From Eledone cirrhosa (taxonomy: Eukaryota): 64,000 nucleotides of DNA. Below are positions 51,921 through 64,000 of this stretch, piece by piece (within the stretch, counting starts at the first letter, position 1; each line of letters starts with the position of its first letter). Position numbers and translations under genes: made by a program. The stretch spans positions 66,092,001 to 66,156,000 of the forward strand of contig OZ024747.1 of the NCBI GenBank assembly GCA_964016885.1. The letters are read 5' to 3'. The notes under the pieces were generated by a model. The model did not search any database. It worked only from the letters and a program-made list of their open reading frames with translations, and had not been told where the DNA came from.

Positions 51921-54900
51921 TTGCATTTATCTTGCTTTATGTTCATACGAGTTATCACCAAGTCACAACCAGTGACCTCAAGAGACAACAAGGTCCGTCA
52001 TGTTCAAGAAAGAACATACATATTCACACATGCATCCTTAGTGTTTAGACTTGTGATGTACTTATATTGACAGGATCTTCCTTAGCATATGGGCAGTTCC
52101 CATTAGTACTATCTTTTGTATTTCTCCTATACGCGGGTTTCCTGGGATTTGCGATAAGTAGTCGTTAGACCCCTTAGGTATCATTCCCAGAGCGCCTACA
52201 ACCACTGGTATTGTTTTAGTTCTCAATTTCCACATTTTTCCAATTTCTATCTCCAGGTCGTTATACTTGCTCAATTTTTAAAAAATGTTTTTATAGATAC
52301 ATTCTTGTCTATTGGAACAGACATATCAATTAGCAGGCATACCCTCCTTTGAAAGTCCTTCAATATTATATCAGGTCTATTTGCATCTATTTTTCGGTCT
52401 GTTTGGATGCTAAAGTTCCACAAGATTGAGATGTGATCTTTTTCAAGTATGGGAGGTGGTTGATGCTCCCACCAATTCTTTTGATGGGGCAGGTCAAAAT
52501 GCTTACACATTATCCAATGTATGTATTGTGCAGCTCTGTCATGCCTGTTTAGGTATTCGGTTGGAGCTATAGGACTGCACATTGAAATTATATGGTCAAT
52601 GGTCTCTGGTTGTTTTTTGCATACACGGCATAATGGGCTGCACCCATTTTTTATTATGTTGGCTTGGTAATTTTTTGTTGGCAGACACTGATCTTGTGCC
52701 GATATAATCAGTCCTTCAGTCTCCGATTTCAGTCCAGAGGATGCCAACCACTGATGGGTTAAAGTTTTGTCAACATCAGGATTGTTAGCTCGCTCTGGGT
52801 ATTTTCCATACAGAGGCTTTTCTTGCCATTTCTTAGCCAGTTTCTCTAGCAGTTCTTTCTTTGCAGTTACTTTTACCTGCTTTGCTTTTTCTGTGTTTTC
52901 CATTTCAGCAGTAAATGGGACTTCTGAAATTTGTAGTCCATTACTGTATCTTTGTGCATCTTTTGTAATGGAATATGATCTTTTGATGCTTTCGTGTTTC
53001 AAAACGAGTTTGATCATCCAATCATGTGATTCCCTTAGATATGTGGATAATCCAATTGTTGCAATTTTCAACGCAATGTCTAACTGGATTAACCCACGTC
53101 CTCCTTCTTTCCTAGGGAGATATATTCTATCTATGTCTGCCTTAGGGTGATGCATTCTGTGCATGGTTAAGAATTTTCGGATTTTTGTATCGAGCCTACG
53201 GATCTCTGTGCTTGACCAGTTGATGACATTGTAACTGTAGGTTACTACTAGTATGGCAAGCGTGTTTATGACATCGATCCTATTCCTTGCATTCAATTCC
53301 GTTCTTAAGATTGCTCTGACTCTGCGGTAACATTCCTTCCTTATCCTTTCCCTCATTGTCGAGTGCTTGATTCCGTCTCCTTCACAAACACCTAGATATT
53401 TGTAAGTTTTTTCTTGATCAAGCTCTCTTATCACGTTCCCCCAATCAAGATTAATGTCTGAACTCTTCAGCAGCTTTCCTCTGGTGAACGTTGCTTTGGC
53501 GCATTTATCCAGTCCAAACTCCATTTTAATGTCATCACTGAACTGCTTCACAGTGGATAATAGCCCTTGCAATTGTTCAAAAACCTCCTGACAACGGGGG
53601 ATATTTTGAAAATCTCTAAACATTTTTCAATCCAACTGTGTGGCAAACTATCGAATGCTTTTTTATAATCTATCCAAGCAATCGATAGATTTTTGTGTCT
53701 ATTATGACAATCTTCCAGTATCATTTTGTTAACCAGAAGCTGATCCTTACAGCCATATGAGCCTCGTTTACACCCTTTCTGCTCAATGGGAAATAGGTCA
53801 TTTGTTATCAGGTGGTCATATGTGTATTCAGTTAGGACTGATGTTAAAATTTTATACATTGTGGTCAAGCAGGTTATCGGTCTGTAATTTTTGGGATTGT
53901 TTGTCTCATCATTCTTCGGTAGCAGGAATGTAATGCCGTTAACTAGCCATGATGGTATCTTTTCTGGCTCCTTAACTATTTCATTGTAAAGTTGGGCTAA
54001 CAGCTCATGAGACTCTGTGAAGGCATTTATCCAAAAGTTTTGTATTTTGTCTTTTCCTGGGGATTTCCATTTGCTGGTTTTTCTTAGAGCCAAGCGCAAC
54101 TGTTCAACTGTTATATTTTCCCATGTTTGTTCTTCAAGGTGAGCTGTATCTTTCATTTGTCTGTCTATCCATGGGGCATGTATGTTATGAACTTTTTCTT
54201 CGGCCCAGATCTTTCCCCAGAATTCTTGCACTTCCTCCTTGGGTGGTATTGATTTAGCAGTTATTGTTGACTTACCAATTTTTCTGTAGAAGTTTCTTTG
54301 GTTGTTTTTGAACATATTATTGTCCTTATAGAATCTAGATCGTTTTTCAAAGCGCCTTATACGAGCAGCTTTGGCCGACACTTTTTGCTTGATTGTTTCT
54401 ATCAGCATGTCTATGTCACATGTTGATCTTATACTGTACTTTTTTTTCAATTTTCTAAGTTTAGTTTGTTTAACATGTTCACCTACTTTATAGTTTGTTA
54501 AAATTTCTATGTCAGATCGGAGAAGGTTTATTTGGCGATTGATGTTATCTTGCCAAGTAGATTTCTTGTGGGAATTCCTTTGTTTTTTCATCTTCACTCC
54601 ACATAAGTGAGTGGTGACTTTAGCCGATGCATAATAGAGATGATTTAAGTCAGTAATGTTTAGTTTGTTTGTGATGATAATGTTTTTGAGAATTATGTTA
54701 GTCTTGTGTATTATCTTTTGGTTCTGTTTGGAGTTCTGGATCTTAGGCAGGGTGTCTCGTTGCCCCATGTCAGATTCTTTCATTTTCATCCATTCGATCA
54801 TAATTTCATCCTTCAAGTTGGCAAGTTCATTCTCATTCATTTCTTTATCATTATTTTCATTTGGAGTTTCATCCTGAGCATGCACTCCCTCCACTTTTTC

Positions 54901-56561
54901 GCTCCTTTCTTTAATTTGTTCTGTTGCAAGTGATTCCGCCCCAACCCTGGGATTCGAAGTGTTACAGTTTACCTCGTTTTCACTGACACATGCTTCATTT
55001 TCCCTTCGCTGACTTTGTGCTAATAGCTTGATCTGATCAATTTCTATATCAGTTAGTAACTTTTTTCTTACAATATTTCTTCGTATATTGGCTAGTTTGT
55101 TACTGTCAATAAAGCCTCTGTTTTCGGGATGTTTCTTTTTCCAGTTGATATATGTTTGTTCTGTATTCGATGTATTTGATGGGTAGTACATGGCAGTGTA
55201 GAAAGCCTCAAGGACTTGTTTATTATCTTCCCTTGACCATTTTTCTCTCTTTTTCTTTGGATTTCTTGGTGGTGAGCATGGAGGGCCAACAGTAGGAGTA
55301 TTCCGGTTATGGGAGGTCTCCAGCTCCGAAGTGATGGGAAGGTTTGAACCATTAGCTGATTTTTCGACCCCAGTCTGGTTCCTCTCTGAGGGACGCGGCC
55401 CTTTTTTACCCGGGTGACGGCCGATCCGGTATGAGATTTTATCATTAGACATTTACTTTATTTTGTCGCGTTTTATCCTTATCCGCCAAGGGGTAATCAT
55501 TTCGTGTTACCACTTCTAGAACGAGTGTCAACCAAGACTAGAGGGGTCGTTCTCCCCTAGAGACATGGCTATTCCCTGCCGGCCGCCATCCCGGTATTTC
55601 TTGGTCACGGGGTTTTATTTTTGTTGTTTTTTTTTAAATTGTTATTATCATGAGTGGTTCCTTAATGTGAGCATTGCGTGGTTTTAGAATGAAATTATTA
55701 ATAATTGTCTCCTCTCCAGACACAAGGCCAGCAATCACCCAGTGCATTACAATAATATAATATACTTTTTGTTGTAGTTGGCTGTTATTGTTGTTGGCTA
55801 TGTCGGTGGTGGTGCCGGGGCTTTTTATATTGTTGGTGAGGAAGGGGTGAGCCAGGAGTCCCATAATTGTTGATGTAGACGTTTGGCCGGTGGCAAGGTC
55901 ACCAAGTCAATCTATTTATATCTTTTGCTAGCCTCTCTCTTGTCTAGTGATACCGCCACCTTCCCCTTTCTCTCTCAAGTTAACAGGGGAATAGTGTCGG
56001 TAGCATTGAATGAGTGGTGGCGGCGATGATGGATGCGGTGGGGTGGTGGCAGCGGTGGTGTTGTGGTTACTGATATAGTATCTATGAGTTTGTGTTCGTA
56101 TGTTTAATATATATTTTTATTATATTTTGTGTTGACATATTCCCGTAAAATTTGAATTAAACATTTTTTTTAATTTGAGACAATAATAATAGTAATTATT
56201 ATTATGATGCTGGTGAAATTGCCGTTATCTGGCTGTTATATTTAGTGTGATGGGATAGGTAGTGTATCAAGTTTCTGGTGTTGGTGAAATTGCTGCTATT
56301 TGGCTGTTCTATATAGTGTAGACAAATGGTGTTTTGTTCCATTTATAACCATTTTCTTTTTTTCAATACAAAATATATAATACAAAATTGAATATTTGAG
56401 CGATACAACAATATAATATGGATCCGAAACTTTATGGGACCTCATTCGGTTCATTTATGCAACATTTGTGCTAAGAATTGTTCTTTCACAATTGATTTAA
56501 ATATGTTAAAAATCAAAAACTTACGGGAGCAATTTCGTGACGTTCTACCACCACGTGCGTC
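51920..56561 (-). mobile_element. Family B, full extent, with ~250 bp RT-core deletion (ORF region 52062-55452)
   Basis: Collinear with 24709-29100 except that the equivalent of 26370-26618 is missing at ~53579; (TTA)n-flanked. Confidence 0.92.
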
Positions 56562-56595
<34 letters not shown>

Positions 56596-56596
<1 letters not shown>

Positions 56597-59500
56597 GTTA
56601 TTCCTTGAATCTCAGTCATTGATGTTGGTTAACTGGAAAGTCCATTGGATTGAATATCAAGCCACTACCTGCAGCCTCAGATATTCAGGACGTATCGGAG
56701 GGTTCTTGCCGTTCCAAGCAAGCATGCCTTTTGAAGCGTTCCAAAAAGCGTGAAGGGGCCGATTTTCTTTAACCATCCCTGGAAACCTTTGGAGATAGTC
56801 CCCAGTGCGCCTATGACAATCGGGATCACTTTGACTTCATGGCAGTTCCAAATCCTTTTCACCTCCCACTTTAGGTCCTGGTATCGGTTAATTTTCTCCC
56901 TCTCCTTCTCTTGCACTCTCGTGTCGAACGGGCAGGCCACATCCACAATCAGGCACGATCTTTTTTCTTTGTCCACAACCACCAGGTCAGGTCTATTGTG
57001 TTCCAGTTTTTTGTCCGTCTGTATCCTAAAATCCCACAGCACCTTCACCTGACTGTTCTCCATCACCGCCTCTGGCCTATGCTCATACCATTTCTCAGAA
57101 TGTGGTAGATTGTTTACTTTGCACAGGTGCCAGTGGATCACCCTGCCCATCACATCGTGTCTCCAGCCCTTATAGTGGGTCTGGGCTAGGTGTTTACACT
57201 CGGACACAATGTGAGCCACAGTCTCCTCTCTCTCTCCACAGATCCTGCACAGTGGGCTAGCCTCCTCCTTGTAGATATGGTGCTTCAACCACTTCGTTTT
57301 GAGGGCCTGCTCCTGCGCAGCCATTAGCATTCCTTCTGTAGCCTTTTTGAGGTCTCCTCTTCTCAACCAGTTCCATGTCTGTGGATCTCTAAATTCAGTT
57401 TTCTCAAAGAAGGTACTATGAAGGGATTTTCCCTTAAGGCTGCTCTTCCTCCTTGATGTTATTTCCTCCTTGGGTATCCCCTGGCCTACTGTCCCCTCCT
57501 TCAGTACAGCTCTGAGCATTGGCTCCTTACTATAGGTCACGTATTTGTATAGGTTGTTTTTCTCCATCTGAACACAGTCCTCTATGCTGATAAGACCTCT
57601 TCCACCCTCAGATCTCCTTAGGTAGAGTCTATCGACATCACTCCTCTTGTGGAACATGTTGTAGATAGTCAATAGCTTCCTAGTCTTCCTATCCATTTCT
57701 TTTTGTTCAGCAACATTCCATCTCAGAATTCCCGCACTGTACCTAATAATAGACACAGCTCGGGAATTTACTGCGCTTATGGCATTTCTGCTGTTCAGAT
57801 GTGACTTCAATACGCTCCTTACTCTCCGAATGTATTCAGTTCTTAACAATTCCTTCATTTTTTTGTTCTTTATGCCATCAGCCTCCAGAACGCCCAAATA
57901 CTTGTATCCTTCCTCAGAGTCAATTTCCTTTATCATCTCACCTGTTGGTATCTGGATCCCGTTACTTCTGCTCAACCTACCCCTCCTCATCACAATGACT
58001 CCACATTTACCAATACCAAACTGCATACATATATCACTGCTGAAAATACGGACAGTGTCAACAAGCACATCCAACTCCTTCTCACTTTTCCCGAAGAGCT
58101 TAAGATCGTCCATGAAGAGGAGGTGATTGATGGTAAGCTCTCCCCTTCCCAACTTGTATCCTGCTCTCACTTTTCGCAGCATAATGGTCAAGGGCATCAG
58201 GGCAAGGACAAACAACAGAGGGGACAGGCTATCTCCCTGGAAGATACCTCTCTTGATCTTCACGCTTCCCAAGGATACTCCAGTTGATGTCAACTCTGTC
58301 TCCCAGGACCCCATACTCCTGCCCAGCAACTGTCTGATGTTATCTGCCACCCTGAAGATCTCCAGGCTTTTGGTGATCCAGGAATGAGGCACCATGTCAA
58401 ATGCCTTTCTGTAGTCTATCCATCCCATGGCAAGATCAGTGTGTCTCCTCCTGCAATTCCCCATTACCATCTTATCAATAAGCAACTGGTCCTTTGTACC
58501 ACGTGACTTCTTTCGGCATCCTTTCTGTTCGTCCGGCAACAAGTTGTTTGTGTGGAGGTGATGGTAGATTTCCTCAGACACAATGCTCGTCAACAGTTTC
58601 CACATTACGGGCAGACATGTGATAGGTCTATAGTTGGTAACATCATTACCCTTGATTCGGTCTTTCATTATCAGAACTGTGGTACCTTTTGTCAACCACT
58701 CTGGCACCTCACCCGACACCAAGCAGTCATTGAACATGGCCGTCAGCTTCGGGTGGAGGGATGTTAAATGTTTAATCCAATACCCCTGCACACCATCTGG
58801 GCCTGGTGATTTCCAATTGGTTAGTTTTTTGGCTTGCCCCTTAAGAGTTTCAACTGTGATACTCAAATCAGTCTGTTGCTGTGCCTGCTCACCGATCTCC
58901 CTCTGTACTGTCTCAATCCACCCTGCCTGGGCATTGTGTCTAACATCCTGCTCCCATATTCCTCTCCAGAATGTTTTAGCTTGTTCCGCCCCAGGGATCA
59001 AGTCGGTGCCTCTTTCTTTCCCCTCAAGCTGTCCAAACAGCATCTTCTGGTTGTTGTCGAACATGCGGTTCTGTTTATACTGACTGACTCTGTTCTCGTA
59101 TCGCCTGATTTTGGCACTCTTTGCTACAATGCGTTGCTTCAATTCCTCTATGATAATATTTAGCTTTTTACTCCTAGTTTTGTATTTTATTTCCAGTCTA
59201 TTTTTAGTGCCTATGTTTTTTAGTGTCCCATTCAGTAGTGACTCAAGCTTTCCTATGTCATTTCTCATTTCCCCGATTTGCCCACTCAGTCGCTTCTTCC
59301 ACCACGGCTCTGCTCTTTCTTGTCTGTTGTTTCCTCTCGCTTTTATACCAAGTAGTTTCCTCACCGTATTTGCTGTTGCTTTGAGGATATTGTTGCACTG
59401 GTGAAGACTCCTCGCCTCAAGGTATGGGATGACTTTGTTTACCTTAGTTGTTGTTTCTTTTAACTTTTTCCTGTCTACAAATCTTAGGTTCATAGGTCTC

Positions 59501-61463
59501 CCACTATCATTGTTCAACTCATCTACCACTAAATTTAGGATGTCAACCGAATCTTGTCCTAGCCCGTCAGCATTCATCTCCTCAGTGGCCGTATCTCTGT
59601 TCCAGGTATTATTTATCTCAGTATTCAGATCATTGTCTGCTTCGGGTGGTTCCTCCGCTCTCAGGACCTCCTCACCTTCATTTCCCGCCGGCTCGCTTGT
59701 CTGGCATACTACACCCGCCATCTCCAAGCCATTCTCTCTGCTCAGTTCCTCCAGTTCCAGCTCGCTTATCCACCCATTAGTTCTTATTACCCGAGCCTGC
59801 CCGGCCAATTTTTGTTCATCTAATTTAAATAAACCAATCTCGTTCCAGATGTTATGCATCCGTCTCCTGTAGCCCCTCTCCTTGGGGTTACTTTTCAGGT
59901 AGCATTGCATAACAGTTCTATTCAATTCTTTCGTCCAGTTGGTTCTGGCCCCTTTCCTTCTTCTTCTTCCTCCAACATCAGCAGTATTTCGTTGACAGTC
60001 AGGTTCCTGCTGCTGAGCCAGGGGGCACCTGTTGGGTGAGAGTCTGTCACATGACGTTCTAGTCTCCATTTCACCGTTATTCGAACTGTTTATGTTCGAT
60101 ATTTAAACACTCTTATCGAGGATTGGCGAATGTATGTTTACATAGCCATCTGTGGATCCGCCATCCCACTTGGCCCTTGTGTGGCATTATCACCACGCTG
60201 TATACGGACACACATAAACAAACAAACACACGGGCAGAAAGGGCCCCAAAAATGAATAAGCATAAGTTTCATTGTAATGTAGTATTCGAATGTCTGACTT
60301 AGTTTTTGTTTTTTAAGTTTTACTTTTTCCCCCCTCTTCTCTGTCCGTCCGCCTGCTTCTCTCTTCATTCTTATTTTCTTTACGTTTTTGGGGTTTCTTT
60401 TTTTGTTTTTGTTTTTCTCTGTTTTTCTCGTTTTTTACTGTTGTTGCTGTGCTGCTTTTGTTGTTTGTTTTTTCTTTTTTCTTTTGAGTCTATCTATATA
60501 TTTTGATGCCTTCCTCTTTGTTAGTAGTAGGAATTCTATAATGTGGAAGTGGTAGCCAGCAGAGACTAGCGGCGTTGGCGATACTGAGACAGTGGTGGCG
60601 GTGATGTCGATACCGAGGGAGTGGTGGCGGTGATGCGACCGTATTACTGTAGTGATGGTGCTGTAGCGGTGGCAGCAGCAGTGAAGGAGTCAGGGGGTGG
60701 TGGCGGCGGTGATGGGATAGTGGTGGTAATGATGGCCGTAGTGAGCGGTGGCGGTGAAGGTGAAAATGCTGTTGTGTTTAGTGTACACAGATGATGGGGT
60801 GGGTGGTGTATCTAGTTTCTGGTGTTGGTGAGTTTCGCTGTCCTATATAGTGTAGCCAGAGGAGAGGAGGGGGGGGGGTTCTTCTTCTTCCATTTATAGC
60901 CATTTTATTTATTTATTTTTTTTTTTTTTTTGGATATACAGTGTACAATACAAAGTTGAATATTTGAATATTTGAGCCGTATTACTGTAGTGATGGTGCT
61001 GTAGCGGTGGCAGCAGCAGTGAAGGAGTCAAGGGGTGGTGGCGGCGGTGATGGGATAGTGGTGGTAATGATGGCCGTAGTGAGCGGTGGCGGTGAAGGTG
61101 AAAATGCTGTTGTGTTTAGTGTACACAGATGATGGGGTGGGCGGTGTATCTAGTTTCTGGTGTTGGTGAGTTTAGCTGTCCTATATAGTGTAGCCAGAGG
61201 AGAGGAGGGGGGGGGGGGTTCTTCTTCTTCCATTTATAGCCATTTTTTTTTGGATATACAGTGTACAATACAAAGTTGAATATTTGAATATTTGAGCCTT
61301 ATAACAATATATTTTGGGTCCGAATTTTTTGGGGCTCAAGCCGGGTGCTTTACGTAGCATTTGTACTAAGAGTTGTTATTTCACAAATGATTTAAATATG
61401 TTAAAAATTCAAAACTTACGGGAGCGATTTCATGACCTCCGTCACCTCGTGCGTCTTCTTCCC
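56596..61463 (-). mobile_element. Family A, full-length intact R4/Dong-like element
   Basis: Single uninterrupted ORF, ~1.4 kb 5' leader with a ~338-bp tandem duplication (60639/60977), ~80 nt 3' UTR, (TTA)n on both sides. Confidence 0.95.
56677..60069 (-). CDS. 1130-aa RT plus restriction-like endonuclease polyprotein (R4/Dong clade)
   Basis: KSPGPDG, NYRPITCL, EQKGCR, WIDYRKAFD, GIFQGDSLSP, FMDD, YKYLG, CxxC-H-C, RHD, PD..D..K all intact. Confidence 0.95.
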   Translation of the reverse strand: METRTSCDRLSPNRCPLAQQQEPDCQRNTADVGGRRRRKGARTNWTKELNRTVMQCYLKSNPKERGYRRRMHNIWNEIGLFKLDEQKLAGQARVIRTNGWISELELEELSRENGLEMAGVVCQTSEPAGNEGEEVLRAEEPPEADNDLNTEINNTWNRDTATEEMNADGLGQDSVDILNLVVDELNNDSGRPMNLRFVDRKKLKETTTKVNKVIPYLEARSLHQCNNILKATANTVRKLLGIKARGNNRQERAEPWWKKRLSGQIGEMRNDIGKLESLLNGTLKNIGTKNRLEIKYKTRSKKLNIIIEELKQRIVAKSAKIRRYENRVSQYKQNRMFDNNQKMLFGQLEGKERGTDLIPGAEQAKTFWRGIWEQDVRHNAQAGWIETVQREIGEQAQQQTDLSITVETLKGQAKKLTNWKSPGPDGVQGYWIKHLTSLHPKLTAMFNDCLVSGEVPEWLTKGTTVLIMKDRIKGNDVTNYRPITCLPVMWKLLTSIVSEEIYHHLHTNNLLPDEQKGCRKKSRGTKDQLLIDKMVMGNCRRRHTDLAMGWIDYRKAFDMVPHSWITKSLEIFRVADNIRQLLGRSMGSWETELTSTGVSLGSVKIKRGIFQGDSLSPLLFVLALMPLTIMLRKVRAGYKLGRGELTINHLLFMDDLKLFGKSEKELDVLVDTVRIFSSDICMQFGIGKCGVIVMRRGRLSRSNGIQIPTGEMIKEIDSEEGYKYLGVLEADGIKNKKMKELLRTEYIRRVRSVLKSHLNSRNAISAVNSRAVSIIRYSAGILRWNVAEQKEMDRKTRKLLTIYNMFHKRSDVDRLYLRRSEGGRGLISIEDCVQMEKNNLYKYVTYSKEPMLRAVLKEGTVGQGIPKEEITSRRKSSLKGKSLHSTFFEKTEFRDPQTWNWLRRGDLKKATEGMLMAAQEQALKTKWLKHHIYKEEASPLCRICGEREETVAHIVSECKHLAQTHYKGWRHDVMGRVIHWHLCKVNNLPHSEKWYEHRPEAVMENSQVKVLWDFRIQTDKKLEHNRPDLVVVDKEKRSCLIVDVACPFDTRVQEKEREKINRYQDLKWEVKRIWNCHEVKVIPIVIGALGTISKGFQGWLKKIGPFTLFGTLQKACLLGTARTLRYVLNI

Positions 61464-61527
<64 letters not shown>

Positions 61528-61532
61528 GTTAT

Positions 61533-63147
61533 TGTTATTCCTTGAATCTCAGTCATTGATGTTGGTTAACTGGAAAGTCCGTTGGATTGAATATCAAGCC
61601 ACTACCTGCAGCCTCAGATATTCAGGACGTATCGGAGGGTTCTTGCCGTTCCAAGCAAGCATGCCTTTTGAAGCGTTCCAAAAAGCGTGAAGGGGCCGAT
61701 TTTCTTTAACCATCCCTGGAAACCTTTGGAGATAGTCCCCAGTGCGCCTATGACAATCGGGATCACTTTGACTTCATGGCAGTTCCAAATCCTTTTCACC
61801 TCCCACTTTAGGTCCTGGTATCGGTTAATTTTCTCCCTCTCCTTCTCTTGCACTCTCGTGTCGAACGGGCAGGCCACATCCACAATCAGGCACGATCTTT
61901 TTTCTTTGTCCACAACCACCAGGTCAGGTCTATTGTGTTCCAGTTTTTTGTCCGTCTGTATCCTAAAATCCCACAGCACCTTCACCTGACTGTTCTCCAT
62001 CACCGCCTCTGGCCTATGCTCATACCATTTCTCAGAATGTGGTAGATTGTTTACTTTGCACAGGTGCCAGTGGATCACCCTGCCCATCACATCGTGTCTC
62101 CAGCCCTTATAGTGGGTCTGGGCTAGGTGTTTACACTCGGACACAATGTGAGCCACAGTCTCCTCTCTCTCTCCACAGATCCTGCACAGTGGGCTAGCCT
62201 CCTCCTTGTAGATATGGTGCTTCAACCACTTCGTTTTGAGGGCCTGCTCCTGCGCAGCCATTAGCATTCCTTCTGTAGCCTTTTTGAGGTCTCCTCTTCT
62301 CAACCAGTTCCATGTCTGTGGATCTCTAAATTCAGTTTTCTCAAAGAAGGTACTATGAAGGGATTTTCCCTTAAGGCTGCTCTTCCTCCTTGATGTTATT
62401 TCCTCCTTGGGTATCCCCTGGCCTACTGTCCCCTCCTTCAGTACAGCTCTGAGCATTGGCTCCTTACTATAGGTCACGTATTTGTATAGGTTGTTTTTCT
62501 CCATCTGAACACAGTCCTCTATGCTGATAAGACCTCTTCCACCCTCAGATCTCCTTAGGTAGAGTCTATCGACATCACTCCTCTTGTGGAACATGTTGTA
62601 GATAGTCAATAGCTTCCTAGTCTTCCTATCCATTTCTTTTTGTTCAGCAACATTCCATCTCAGAATTCCCGCACTGTACCTAATAATAGACACAGCTCGG
62701 GAATTTACTGCGCTTATGGCATTTCTGCTGTTCAGATGTGACTTCAATACACTCCTTACTCTCCGAATGTATTCAGTTCTTAACAATTCCTTCATTTTTT
62801 TGTTCTTTATGCCATCAGCCTCCAGAACGCCCAAATACTTGTATCCTTCCTCAGAGTCAATTTCCTTTATCATCTCACCTGTTGGTATCTGGATCCCGTT
62901 ACTTCTGCTCAACCTACCCCTCCTCATCACAATGACTCCACATTTACCAATACCAAACTGCATACATATATCACTGCTGAAAATACGGACAGTGTCAACA
63001 AGCACATCCAACTCCTTCTCACTTTTCCCGAAGAGCTTAAGATCGTCCATGAAGAGGAGGTGATTGATGGTAAGCTCTCCCCTTCCCAACTTGTATCCTG
63101 CTCTCACTTTTCGCAGCATAATGGTCAAGGGCATCAGGGCAAGGACA

Positions 63148-63148
<1 letters not shown>
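61533..63148 (-). mobile_element. Family A, 5'-truncated, near-identical to the intact copy
   Basis: Protein from VLALMPL to the stop reads the same as the 56677 ORF; truncated into (ATT)n(CTT)n. Confidence 0.93.
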
Positions 63149-63216
<68 letters not shown>

Positions 63217-63719
63217 TCTTCTTCTTCTTCTTCTTCTTCTTCTTCTTCTTCTTCTTCTTCTTCTTCTTCTTCTTCTTCTTCTTCTTCTTCTTCTTCTTCT
63301 TCTTCTTCTTCTTCTTCTTCTTCTAGGGTATAAATTATCATTCAATGTCACGTATTTATATTTTTGCTAATATGTTTATGTATATGTCAAACGTTTTTTA
63401 ATTTTTTAATAAATGCTAGGAGATATTCCTTAGAATTTTTCTTAGAACTTGCTCTACAGGTGATATGTCGCTTGTCTGAAACTTTTTCAGATATGACATA
63501 TTTATTCTTGTTAGTAGTGTGTGTGTGTGTTATGCATATGCCTATATATATATATTGTTATATTTAGGTAGGGTTATATTGTTATAATATTGCCAAAAAT
63601 ATATTTAAAAAAAAAGCACACTCACTGTTTGGTTTGGATTGATTTTCACTTCTGTATATTTTATATCCCTATAGTTAATTTAGCTGGCAATCAATGTTTG
63701 TTATTGATTGACCAACAGT

Positions 63720-63811
<92 letters not shown>

Positions 63812-63812
<1 letters not shown>

Positions 63813-64000
63813 TAAGGCGGTTAAAATTCCCGAGATCCATGGACGAGTTCTCTCCAGCGGTCTCAGTCCCTCATTATTGCTGCCATGTCCTGCGTCTCCA
63901 ACAGGCCAGTGTCTGTCCTTAGGGCATCAACATACGTTAACCTTGGTCTTCCTCTTCTAGTGTGTCCATGTAGGGGCTCCCAAAGGAGCACTGAGTGCAA
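63812..64000 (-). mobile_element. 3' end of an RTE-like LINE running off the window
   Basis: Minus strand reads VLLWEPLHGHTRRGRPRLTYVDALRTDTG..MRD*DRWRELV, the typical RTE-group C-terminal RGRP motif; abuts (TA)n. Confidence 0.7.

Noticed and set aside
53570-53590. RT-core deletion as a spliced-out intron
   Set aside because: The deleted segment does not have GT...AG ends on the sense strand; microhomology fits better.
63148-63341. Poly-Glu/poly-Ile N-terminus fused to the 575-aa ORF
   Set aside because: Read-through of flanking (GAA)n(ATA)n microsatellite into a 5'-truncated element.

Overview
AT-rich, microsatellite-dense animal DNA. The tRNA-derived SINEs and repeat style suggest an octopus/cephalopod (inference). 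The only clear host coding sequence is the first coding exon of a class A peptide-type GPCR (33711-34159, +); no downstream exon is recognisable in the next ~30 kb. Most of the window is retroelements sorted by microsatellite. (1) Two 15-16 kb trains of R4/Dong-like RLE non-LTR elements (families A and B, all minus strand) sit in (TTA)n, including one intact 1130-aa copy. (2) A third R4-like family sits in (TATG)n. (3) Two Tx1/L1-clade elements sit in (ATT)n and (GATA)n. (4) Two internally deleted RTE derivatives sit in (ATGT)n. (5) Many short fold-back insertions sit in (TA)n. Reading those fold-backs by eye shows about eight distinct type I hammerhead-ribozyme motifs, several with non-canonical cores (U3-A8 covariation, U4C, U4A). 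They lie next to Penelope-like GIY-YIG remnants, and one is a 593-bp non-coding, tandem, circularly permuted, retrozyme-like unit. Other notable signals are shared 5' leader modules between R4 families A and B and a shared 3' tail between the main SINE and the Tx1 element. All alignments and RNA folds were done by eye, and element boundaries are approximate.
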